The position numbers and the translations under genes were made by a program. 64,000 nt of DNA from Ginglymostoma cirratum (taxonomy: Eukaryota): contig JAHRHZ010000250.1 of the NCBI GenBank assembly GCA_024137785.1, positions 1,346,515-1,410,514 on the forward strand. Reading direction: 5' to 3'. The notes beneath the pieces were generated by a model. That model did no database searches. It saw only the letters and a list, made by a program, of their open reading frames with translations, and was not told the origin of the DNA. Positions 1 through 11,527 of the stretch are shown here, in pieces. Every line of letters starts with the position of its first letter. The first letter of the stretch is position 1.

Positions 1-19
1 CTTTGCCTCTCTTCATTAA

Positions 20-362
20 CAGGATGACGGCATTGCTGCTAGGCAGCATTTGTTGCCCTTCCCTAATTGCCCAGAGGGCAGTTCAGAGTCAACCCAAATG
101 CTGTGCTTCTGGAGTCACATGTAGGCCAGGCCAGGTAAGGAAGGCATTTTCCTTCCCTAAAGGACATTGGTGACCCAGGTGTGTTCTTCCCAACAATTAA
201 CAATGGACTCACGGTCATCATTAGAGTCTTAATTCCAGATCTTTTATTGAATTCAAATTCCACTATCTGCCGGGGAAGGGTTTGAGATCGGGTTCCCAGA
301 ATGCCATCTGTATCTCTGGATTATCAGTCCAGCAATAAAGCCATGAGGCCATCTCCTCCCCG
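20..362 (-). mobile_element. tRNA-derived SINE with LINE-like 3' tail
   Basis: Minus strand begins with A-box-like TGGCCTCATGG and degenerate B-box-like GATCTCAAACC; tail (GCATTTGTTGCCCTTCCCTAATTGCCC on +) resembles the LINE 3' ends at ~7010-7030 and ~58530-58560. Confidence 0.6.
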
Positions 363-699
363 GCTACCAGTTGGCTAGAATCATAGAAGAAATAACTTAA
401 TTTTTCCTCAACAAGGAGTGAAAGCTGAAGGCACTTTGGAATTTTGGATTCAATGACATATTATTTTTAATGGAACCAATCAGTTATGATTGATCCATGG
501 ATTCATAATAATTTATTTTGAGATTTATATTATTCTACATTCTACAAAATATGACCATGAACCTGCTCTTGAATACTGCAAGAGAGATTTTTTTAATATA
601 ATTTGTGGCAGGCACTTTCAAAATAGCAACAGAAAAACTGGATTTCAGTTATAATTGGGCATAGATAAACCTGAGGGACGGCATTGTTTATAGGTTTCC

Positions 700-890
700 A
701 TCTTTAAAGAAAGAACTTTATTTCGATTGTATGAATTTAGATATGACACTGTTCAATGATCAGAAGCTGAGGTCTGATTGTGAATCTGAACTGCCCTCTT
801 CACTACCCAGACACCATCAGGGTCGATCGGACGGACAGTAAATTTGGATAATGAGACACTCGTTAAGATTTGTTCACGGAACCATTGATT
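700..890 (+). promoter_or_regulatory. Degenerate cPcdh promoter cassette (unit 1)
   Basis: CTTCACTACCCAGACACCATCAGGGTCGATCGGACG matches the core upstream of other exons; CCAAT mutated. Confidence 0.7.
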
Positions 891-1057
891 TAGAAAAGGC
901 AAAACAGAAGATTTAAATGAAATTAGTCAGTCGCATCGTGAACGATACAAGTATTTGCTATATCCCTTTTTATTTGTTCCGTTGAGAGGCTGTTCAGGTG
1001 AGAGGATCATTCTTGGTACCAAACGTTCTGAATCAAACAGAATGTCTCATACTGGAA

Positions 1058-3385
1058 ATGAGATACAAAATTGTGGGTTGATAAAATGCCATTTATTTCA
1101 CTTTGTGTTCTCCCTGTGGAGTCATGTGTTTATGCACATTCGTTACTTAATTCCTGAAGAACTGTAACAGGGTGTCTTTATCGGGAATATTGCTGTGGTT
1201 TTAAGTTTAAATGTAAAGCAGTTCTTGGCTCATTTCTTCCGTATTGTGCCCGTATCCAGGAACAAAATAAGGCATGAATTTTAACACCAGCACTTTATTC
1301 GTGAAAGAAACAAACGACAGCAAAGAGAGAGCTTGAGTTGTTTTTACTTTTACCTTGGGCGGTTAGCTTGGAACTCCAGTAGCGCTGTATCGATTTGCAG
1401 TGGAGATTCTCGACGCAAAAGACAGTGCTCCCAGTTTCCCAAAGAGTCAATGCTGCCAAGAAAAGTCAGAGCATTCAACGTGAGAAACGCACTTTTCAGT
1501 CGTATTTGAACATGATCCGATGTCGAACCAATTCCATGTAAACCTATGAGCTTCTTCTGAACGATTATTTTACCCTCGATGTGCAGATAAGCAATGAAGA
1601 AGGAAACCTACCTGTTTTGGTGCTGCAGTATTTCTTGCAGCGAGAAACGGAATGCAACAACTGTTTAACTTTAATAACCAAGAACAGCAGCATTCCCGTG
1701 AAGCTAGGAGCGTTTCGAGTTCTAATTGTGATAATGACAATGTTCCTGTCTTTTCTGAGCTAGTTTATACAGTCCGTCAATTAGAGCCTGCACGCGGAGG
1801 AGCGCACGTAATCGTATTGGATAACATTGAATCGGACAATGGTCCTCATGGAGAGATAACATGGTCTCTGTAGCGACACTTCAGCTGGAGCTCAGGAAAT
1901 ACTAAACGTGCATTTGAAGTAAAATTGAAAGGCGGGTGGTGCTATGAAAATTACAGATAGATTGATATTAAAATGAAAGTGATCGACAAAGGTTACGAGC
2001 CAATATCTGGGTACTGCGTTGTCCTTGTGAATAATGAAGTGAATGATGACTCACGTGAAGTAATGTTGAGGAGTTTGTCTCGGATAATTTCAGGAGATAC
2101 TCTAGTTGCGTTCGTAGTCGGTCTGTTCATTGTTGAAGATAAAGATTCAGTGAGAATTGGACAGTTACAATGTCAAATTTCAAATAAACTTCTCCTTAAA
2201 CTAGACTCTTCTTTGGAGAATTGTTATGGGATACTTGTTGATCATCTGTTGGATAGCGAAGGCGCCTTCATTTGTGACGTCACTATAATACGCACGGATA
2301 AAGGAAATCCACTTTATGTCAAAAATAGACGTTTCTGATATAAATGACATTGAGCCATGTTTCAAGCAGTCTTTATATACAGTCGGCATCTTGGAAAATG
2401 ATCTTATTGGTGATTCTATGTTTTCCATTACAGCCTATGATCCAGATTTTGGAACAAATGTGTGACTGAAATATTCTATCCAACAAGCTCAGTTCAGAAC
2501 GCCCGGTAATTATTCACATCTCTATCAACACTAATGCTGGTATCATATTCACGAGGGGTAGTACAGTTAATAAATCATACAATCCCCACATTGTGGCAGC
2601 AGACCATTCAGCACATCGAGTCCACCCAGACCCATTCCCTGTTCTTCCCCTGCATTTCCCACCTTAGACACTATGGGCAATTTAGCATGATCAATCCACC
2701 TAACCTGCACATCTTTGGACTGGGAGGAAACCGACATTGACACGGGGAGAATGTGCAAACTCCACACCCACAGTTGCCCAAGACTGGAATCAAACTCAGG
2801 TCCCTGGCGCTGTGAGGCAGCAGTGCTATCCACTGAGCCACCACGCTGCCTTAAGATGCCTCGAGGCAAAAGTAAAATACAGCGGATCACCGTCATTTTC
2901 TGCCACGGAAACCATATTCTTATTGGCAGCAGACATTGACTTTAAAACATTCTCCGCCATCAGTGGTTCGTCTAAAGACTCTTAGTGTACTCTTGATCCG
3001 AGCCTTTCACTTGGTTATCGCATTGGAGTAACTTCTGTCATTTTTCTTGTAATTTTAAGTATCCTCGTCATGAATGTTCATAAAAACACAAATGGTTTGA
3101 ATGCTCAATACTATTCCATGGAGTGCTGCTGTTACCTTGAACCCCGGTGCTTACTGACTAGAACTCAGAAAGCCAGTTAGGTATTCGATGGTGACCCACT
3201 TTCTCAAAGTTTTTGCTCTGATTCATATTCTACATTACAGTCGCCAAAGAGAGATATTATAACTGCCAACACGTGCATAACACCCACAGATAGGAAGTTT
3301 GTTCAGATTTAATGTATCAAGAAGAAACCCAAGAGAACGATTAGCTTTGAAATTAATTAATTTCAACAACACTGTAACCACTAAG
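1058..3385 (+). pseudogene. Decayed cPcdh variable exon (unit 1)
   Basis: GGAAATGAGATAC start context; fragments LPVLVLQ..RETE, GPHGEIT, QCQISNKL..LDSSLEN in shifting frames with stops; SINE inserted; donor AAG|GTGAGG retained at 3385/3386. Confidence 0.9.
2572..2850 (-). mobile_element. V-SINE (HE1-like shark SINE) inside pseudo-exon 1
   Basis: Minus strand GGTGGCTCAGTGG A-box, GAGTTTGATTCC B-box, V-domain TGTGGAGTTTGCACATTCTCCCCGTG...CCAAAGATGTGCAGGTTAGG, CR1-like tail. Confidence 0.85.
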
Positions 3386-4089
3386 GTGAGGAACTTTTGA
3401 ATGGATAATAAGGTGTTCATACCTTTGCTTGGATGTGCAAACACATCTGGAAAATGTGTGTACGTGAAATTAATTTATCTGGAAATTGATATTAATATCA
3501 ACATGTAATTAATCTCCACGCCAGTGGCTGGTACTCTTATCTTAAACTGTACAACAGTAATCTTTCAGTAATATGTGTGATTTATTGCCTTTTGCATCTT
3601 TATAAACTCATTGGAGTTTATTGAATGTTTGAGAACTGTTGACGTTTCCATTCATGAAACATTTAAATCAAATTGGCCTTTCGGGACCTTTGTACATATA
3701 CAAATCTGTGCAAGTACAGGGCATTTCGGTTGATAATGGCAGTTATACACAGTGTAATTTTTTGGTTGCAACAGTCTCAGTTGTACAGTTCTAATGGACA
3801 ACTATCTGTCTGTGTAAGCAAGCTGATAAAGGAATCCCGTGGTATGATGGTAGAGCATTACTTCTGGGGTGCCAAGCCCGTGTTCAATCCCGTCCCCCTC
3901 CCACTATCCCAAATTGGAGGCGTCATAGTTCTGTCTTTCGGCTATCCTTACCTTTCTGGATGGACGTGGCCAGTTTTGGGACATGCCATAGAAGGAAGCT
4001 TAATAAAAATCTGGAGTCCATCTTGCAGATGTTAGTCAGCGTTGGAACCAAGCATCGAAGTTGGACAGAATGTTTTTTGTGTATGTGGT

Positions 4090-4268
4090 GTCAGTCCATG
4101 AGACTGCATTTTCTTGCATATTTTCTAGTTTCTTGTGCGTTGTTGGAGGTGCAGTTATCCAGGAAAAATGGTATACTTTCAATCACATTCCTGACTTGCC
4201 CCTTGTAGTTGGTGGATAGCCTTTGGAGGATCAGGGGATGAGCTACATGGCACAAGATACATAACCTC
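4090..4268 (-). mobile_element. Non-LTR LINE fragment
   Basis: Reverse-complement similarity to the LINE at 6400-7072 (CAAGTCAGGA(A/G)TGTGAT block). Confidence 0.55.
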
Positions 4269-4269
4269 T

Positions 4270-4950
4270 GAGATAACAAGCATGGGGCTGGATGAACACA
4301 GCAGGTCAAGCAGCATCATAGGAGCAGGAAAACTTGACGTTTCGGGCCTAAACCCTTCATCAGAAATGGGGGAGGGGAAGAGGGTTGTGAAATAAATAGG
4401 GAGAGAGGGGGAGGCGGATAGAGGATGGATAGAGGAGAGGATAGGTGGAGAGGAGGCAGACAAGTCGAAGAGGCGGGGATGGAGCAGGTAAAGGTGAGTG
4501 TAGGTAGGGGGGTAGGGAGGAGATAGGTCAGTCCAGGGAGGACGGACAGGTCAAGGGGGCGGGATGATGTTAGTAGATAGGAGATGGGGGTGTGGCTTGG
4601 GGTGAGAGGAAAAACAGGTTAGGGAGGTGGAGATGAGCTGGGCTGGTTTTGGGATGCGGTTGGGGGAGGGGAGATTTTGAAGCTTGTGAAATCCACATTG
4701 ATGCTATTGGGCTGCAGGGTTCCCAGGCTGAATATGATTTGCTGTTCCTGCAGCCTTCGGGTGGCATCACTGTGGCATTGCAGGAGGCCAAGGATGGACA
4801 TGTCATCTGAGGAATGGGAGGGGGAGTTGAAATGGTTTGCGACTGGGAGGTGCAGTTGTTTGTTGCGAACTGAGCGCAGGTGTTCGGCAAAGCGGTCCCC
4901 AAGCCTCCTCTTGGTTTCCCCGATGTAGAGGAAGCCACAACGGGTACAGC
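4270..4950 (-). mobile_element. Penelope-like element 3' fragment with GIY-YIG endonuclease coding
   Basis: ORF 4619-5071(-): CTRCGFLYIGETKRRLGDRFAEH...VANHFN...RRLQEQQIIFSLGTLQP, followed by pyrimidine-rich tail and CTGATGAAGGG...CGAAACG motif. Confidence 0.85.
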
Positions 4951-6399
4951 TAATGGAGAACAATGTTATTTGCGCCTCCACATTTTCTATTCGTCGCTGC
5001 AGAACATTGCACGGTCGAATTGCATTTCCACACAAGTACCATAAATGATTTGCCGAGTTCCGAGTTATCACAGTCTCCTCTTGGCCACGCTAACTATCTA
5101 ATGTCCACATAATTTTGAGTCTCTGATCACTGTACATTTATTAGATTGCCATATACAATTAAACTTCATACAAATGAAACAAAATTCCATTTTAAACAAT
5201 TCCATATGTGAATAACATTCATTTGGCATTTATTTCAATGTCAACAAGACCTGTGTTTTATGTCATCCAAGTAGCATTTCTGAGCATTGTTGAAGACACT
5301 GATTTACCATAAGAAGTGTCACATGCTCATACAATATGTCGGCTTTCTCTCTTGTTTTGAAGCCTAATCAGCACAGATTGAAATCGTGAAACGACTTTGC
5401 AAAACCAATACGAGACTTGTAATTAGCACAAGGGTTTGCATAATTGATGCGTCACTGCAAAATTAGTATGACGTTTTTTTTTGATCTATGAATAATATTT
5501 CGAATTACATAAGTAAAGCAGCAGAACATTACACTTCACTTACACTGGACTAAAGGTTTCTTTAGGCCTGTGTAATATTTTGTAAGAATGTTTATATTTA
5601 CATGGTATCCTGTATTAGTGATATATTTATTAGCACTGAGATTGGATTAAAATCTGTGCAGGCGCTTTAAACCACGAAGAGGAATGTCCCTATTTGGAAG
5701 ATTCTGAAAAAGAATTCTGTCTAACCCAGTCACTCTTTCCAAAGAATCTGGGACATCTGTCATCTAGCCCGTGAAAATTAAAATAGAGAAGCCACTTTCT
5801 TCCAAACAGTAGAGCCAAGATTAAAGTCCCTGTATTAGAGCAGAAAGAACACTTTCATCGTGCGATCTTCAAAGCTTTTGAAGATCGAGGCTTGAACTTT
5901 TATCGGCTTATGTTTAATTTCTACAACAATTTTACATATTTTCATGAAGGTTAGAAGGAGTGTTTGTAGGCAGGCAAATTAAAACAACATGAGCAGAAGG
6001 AAATATAAGTTTTGAACTGCTAATATGTTTCAGCGTTTTTTTATGTGCATTACCGAGTGCCAAAAATTGATTGGTTGTCATTTTCAAACTAGAGGTAAGT
6101 ATAATGGGAAAACATTTCTCAATCATTAACTGGATGGTACAATTCAGGATCGTGAAGCACAGAAACCCGAAAGTCATAATAACAATGATAGGTAGCACGA
6201 TAAACTAAAACAGAACAGATCAAAGTGTTCCCCCAAATCTGTACTCAATCAATATATAACACTAATGAATATTTTCGATGCCCATTTCAAGGCAGAAGTG
6301 ATTTTAGTTCAGGATTTTAAGTATCATAGATTTGATGACTGGTGATAAAGGTGAATGCGAATTAACTTGGCTCCAGATGACTAGTGATTTGAACATGGC

Positions 6400-7072
6400 A
6401 TAATAAAGACAACCTATCAAAGTCGTGGGGGCTACCATTGACTGTGGACACAATTGGACTCGCCATGCAAACACAGTGGCTGTCGGAACAGGTCAAAGGC
6501 TAAGAATACTACAGTGAGTTACTCACCTCCTGACTCTCCAAAGTCTGTCCACCATCCATAATGCACAAGTCAGGAGTGTGATGGAATACTGCCCACTTGT
6601 CTGGATGGGTGAAGTTCCAACAAGACTCAAGATGCAAGAAAAAAAAAGCCTACGTGAATGCGATCACATCAACAACCATCTATTCCCCCCACCACCGATG
6701 TCAAGCAGCAGCAGTGTATATTATCTACAAGATACAGTGCAGAAATTCACTAAGGCTTTTAACACAGCACATTTCAAATCTAGAATCACTTCCATCTAGA
6801 AGGACAAGAGCAGCAGAAACATGAGAATACCACCTTCAAGTTCCCCTCCAAGCTACACAGCATCCTGACTTGGAAATATATCACCATGCCTTCAGTGTCA
6901 TTGGGTTAAAATTCTGGAGCTCCTCCGTAAGGAGATTACAAATCTACTCACAATACATGGACTGCAACAGATCAAGAAGTTAGCTCATCACCACCTTCTC
7001 AAGACATCTAAGGATGGGCAATAAATGCTGGATAGCCAGTAGTGCACAAGTCCCACGAGTGAATTAGGAAAA
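6400..7072 (+). mobile_element. Non-LTR LINE 3' fragment
   Basis: MEYCPLVW-type ORF2 C-terminal remnant; 3' end GGGCAATAAATGCTGG; further copies on minus strand at 57520-58075 and 58500-59040. Confidence 0.65.
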
Positions 7073-8685
7073 AGGACCTGAACATTTTCGGAACTGGAAA
7101 TCAGAACCATCCTGACAATATTTGATGTGAACTGCTACATTTTACATCGCAACTAACACCTGGTTTACCACACATGTACAAAGGTCTGTACCTGCATGGC
7201 TATTTGCACGGCAAGAGTTCCTCACAACATACTGTTTTACATTATGTAGAGTACGTAGAATGAATGACAACTTCTTCATGAATGCTTTCTTGGATTATTA
7301 CCATTCGTAACCATTCTAAAGCACAAGAAGTCTCGATGGTTAGATAATTAATTTAATTAAGCAGACGTACATGAGAAAATGATGAGTTGTGAGCAGAACA
7401 ATGATTTTCAGAATCACATGTATTAAAAATAAGAAGGGATTTTGACACATTAGGTTTACTTGCTTTGCATAAGTTAAAAGGTTTGAACGTGCAACATTTG
7501 GGAGAAAACGTCAGAAACTGAAGGGAGGCGCATGCTAAACATTGAAATATTAATGCAAAGGAAAGATGTAGCAACGTAGCCAACCGACATGTACTTAAAA
7601 GTTAAAAATTGTGAGTCCAAACAAGTAATTATACTGACGCTTTGGAAGTAATTTTATGATTGCTTTTTGAGTATTGCCTTTGATACCGAGAAAAACTATT
7701 TTTATTACTTTGGAACTTCAAACGTGACCGTGATGATTATAGTCATTTACAATGAGTACTTTTTAACAACAGTGAATGCATGGTTCACTGTAGAAAGGAG
7801 GACAGGAACTTTCGCATTTGCTTGCATTTAAAATATTGAAAGCCATTAGTTAAATGGAAGAAAATGCAGTTCACATATTGTACCTTGTGTAAGATTTTGG
7901 AGGAAGTGAGATGTTGTTTCAGCAGATGAATATCGATTTCACGCAAGTTTCGAGACTAAATTATATTTTCTACAGGTCAATGGATGCATGACACAAAGAG
8001 TAGAGTTCATTGAATAACAAAAAGCATGCTAACAGGATTAGAACAGTTATTGTTTTGAGTCCAAATGCTGACTTTCAAAACTGAAGGGGCGGAAAAACGA
8101 CTTTCTTCTACACTGTTGACAGAACTGTGGGCACTCACACCATCTATTTTATGCCCCTTACCACCTTGTCAACACCTTTGAAAGCAATAACTTCCAGCAT
8201 CCACCAGTCTTGGAGTAAACTCTTTGGGCTCAAAACCAATTCTGCTTCTCTCTCCATAGATGTTGCGAGGCCGACTGAGTTTCTCGAGAATTCTCTGGCT
8301 TAATTTAATATCAAGTGTCCAGCATCTGTATTATTTTGCCTTTGCTCGAACAAAAGAGTGGGCTGGATGTTTAGAAGTGAATTGAGGATGAGAGAATTCT
8401 CAATTGATTAATGAATATTGTTTGATTGTGTCAAAGAAAGGGAAGTAATGTATTCTTTATTTCGCGAAATATCAGCTAGTTGGAGATGAACACCATGACT
8501 GAACATTCATACATATATGGGAATTGAATAAAACTTATGAATGATGTTGAATGTTTAAGTTTTTCTTTTTATTTGTTCTTTGGAAACCCAAGTCTGAAGC
8601 TTTTTTTTTTGCACTGTGGTTGTAGAACTTCAATCCGTGCAAAAGGCAGAAAGAATGAAGTATACTGACATAACGCTTAATCCAA

Positions 8686-8900
8686 TTTTAAATTGTGCAA
8701 CAATAAATCGAAGCACGTTGAACTATTTCGAGCAGTGCAGCTTCAAGGAACAGAACATCAATTCATTGGTCAACTTTCAATGTGCTGGTATCCACCAATT
8801 AGAAGCTCAAATGCGACTGGGGATCCGCACTGCCCCCTTCACTACCCAGACACCATCACGTCCGACCAGACGCAGTGTAAAATTGGAGCAGCTCGGGTGT
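8686..8900 (+). promoter_or_regulatory. cPcdh promoter cassette (unit 2)
   Basis: AATTGTGCAACAATAAAT, ATTGG, CCACCAAT at ~8792-8799, CCCCTTCACTACCCAGACACCATCACGTCCGA. Confidence 0.8.
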
Positions 8901-9067
8901 ACTTTTAGACAAGGTTAGAAGATTTAATTCAAATATTTCCAGAGATTCGGGAAACATCCAGGTATCTGCACTTAGTAGATGTTCCGACCTTAAAATATAA
9001 AACTGTAATCAGGATATTTCATTGTGCGAGCACGTTCTGAAACAAAGGAGAATGTAGGAAGCTGGAA

Positions 9068-11527
9068 ATGAGATATAACATTTATTCACTGCTAAAATGC
9101 CAATTATTGTACTGTGCATTTTCCTCGTGGAATCTGGTGCTTGGGCAGATTCGTTACTCTATTCCTGAAGAATTGCAGCTGGGCGCCTTTGTTGGAAATA
9201 TTGCAGAGGATTTCGGCTTAGATGTAAAGCAGCTCTCCACTCGCAGCTTTCGGCTTGTACCCGGTCCTAGGAAACAATATGTGGAGATCAATTTGGACAC
9301 TGGTATTTTATTCGTGAAGGATAAAATTGACAGAGAAGAGATTTGCGGCCGGAGCCTGAGCTGTGTTTTATCCTGGGGCGGTTTACTTGAAAACCCTTTA
9401 AAGCTCTACAAGGTTACAGTGGAGATTGTCGATGTAAATGACAATGCTCCCACTTTCCCAAAGAGACAATTCCACCTACAAATATCTGAGCGTTCTAAAG
9501 TAGGGATGCGTTTTCCCCTCGAGTCGGCTCACGATTTGGACATTGGAAACAACTCCGTACAAAAATACGAGCTCCTTCCGAACGACTATTTTGTTCTTGA
9601 CGTTCGGACTGGCGAAGGAAAAATGCCAGTGTTGGTTCTGAAGAGTTCTTTGGATAGAGAAACGGAATCCAGCCACAGCTTAAAGTTGATAGCCACGGAC
9701 GGCGGGATTCCTGTGAGGTCGGGCACAGTTGAGATCATAATCATTGTAAAGGATACAAATGACAACGTTCCTGTCTTCTTTCAGAAGGATTATCGAGCCA
9801 GTCTATTGGAAACTGCTCCAACAGGGACGCAAGTAATCATACTAAATGCTACCGACTCGGACGACGGTCTAAGTGGAGAGATTAGGTACTCGCTAAGTAG
9901 CCACACTTCAGCTACTGCTCGGGAAAAGTTTGGCATGGATGCCAAGACTGGTAAAATACAAGTGAAAGGGAGGTTGGACTACGAAGAAAGCAATACCTTC
10001 GAGCTTATCATACAAGCCATTGACGGGGGATCAGATCCAATGTCAGGACATTGTATAGTATTGGTGAATATTACTGATGTGAATGATAACCCTCCTGACG
10101 TGACGTTGACATCTTTATCACGCACAATTTCAGAAGCTGCTCCAGTTGGGTCTGTGGTCGCTCTTTTCAGCGCAGCGGATAAAGATTCGGGGAGAAACGG
10201 ACTGGTACAATGTCAAATTTCAAATAAATTACCCTTTAGACTAGATTCTTCTTTGGAAAATTTTTATGGAATACTTGTTCATCAGGCACTGGACCGGGAA
10301 AACGTCTCCAGCTACGATATTACAATAACACGCAAGCATGCAGGTAATCCTCCCCTTACATCGGAAAAAACCGTTCGAGTAGATGTTTCGGATATAAATA
10401 ATGCCCCACGGTTTACGCAGTCTTTATATACCACACATGTCAAGGAGAACAATGCTATTGGCGCTTCTATTTTTTCCATTACAGCCTTTGATCCAGACAT
10501 TGGACTGAACGCTCAACTGACATACTCCATCCTAGAGACTCAAGTTCTGAACTCTTCGGTATCCACTTACATCGCTGTTAACACGGAAACTGGTGTCATT
10601 TTCGCGCAGAGATCTTTCGACTACGAGAAATCTAAAAACTTTCGGATCCAAGCTCAGGTCATGGACCGTGGGACACCGCCACTCCCAAGTAATGTTTCTG
10701 TAAATATTATTGTCCTTGATGAGAATGACAACATTCCGGTCATTATGCAACCATTAGCCCAATTTGGATCAACAGCAGTCGAGACAATATCCAGGTTTGC
10801 ACAACCAGGCGACTTGGTTGCCAAGGTATCGGCAACGGACGCTGATGCCGGTCAAAACGCACGAGTCTCTTATTCCATTTTTCAGGCTACCCTTCATAAC
10901 CTTTTCACAATTTCACCAGACACGGGCGAGATTTGGACATTACGTCGTATCGCGAATAATGATGCCTCTGAACAAAGGTTGGTGATAATTGCGAAAGATA
11001 ATGGAAACCCATCACTTTCTGCCTCAGTGACCATCATCTTATCTGTGCATGGTGGCGATATTGCAACATTCTCCAGCGTCAGTGGTTCGTTTGGAGGTCC
11101 TACATTCACTCCTGATCTGGGCCTTTCCTTGGTCATCGTATTAGGAGGAATTTCTATCATATTTCTCGTGATCTAAGTTATTCTTGCTGCAATGGTTCAT
11201 AGAAGCAGAAACATTTTAAGTAGTCAGCACTGTTCCCTGAGACTCTGTTGTTGCGCTGAGACAAGACATTCTCTGAATAGAATCCAAAAAGCCAACAGAA
11301 ACCTTCAGATCCCTCCCAACTACGTCGAGGTGTTCGGGGGTGACCCACTTTCTCAGAGGTTCCGCTGTGAGTCATGTTCAACATTGCAGTCAACAAAGGG
11401 AGATGTCATAAATCCCAACATACGCAGATCAAACACAGACAGAAACTGTGTCCAAAACGAGTTTATCAGGAAAGAAAACGCAAGAATGATTAATTCTGAA
11501 AGTTGCAGCAACACGTTAAAGGATAAG
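9068..11527 (+). pseudogene. cPcdh variable exon with in-frame nonsense codon at the end of the TM (unit 2)
   Basis: 702-aa ORF with signal peptide and EC1-6 ends at TAA 11174-11176 (TTA in paralogs); same frame continues through the conserved cytoplasmic motif to donor AAG|GTGAGG at 11527/11528. Confidence 0.8.

Noticed and set aside
2572-2850. tRNA gene calls at A/B-box sequences (also ~270-362, ~40380-40455, ~58083)
   Set aside because: Heads of SINEs continuing into SINE body and LINE-derived tails; no complete cloverleaf seen
4619-5071. GIY-YIG nuclease as a host or defence gene
   Set aside because: 5'-truncated Penelope-like retroelement fragment with its typical tail, and a second tail copy at 39110
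8693-8908. Small ORFs containing PLHYPDTITSDQT (also 54689-54958)
   Set aside because: Translation of the promoter core; frame and start are not conserved across units
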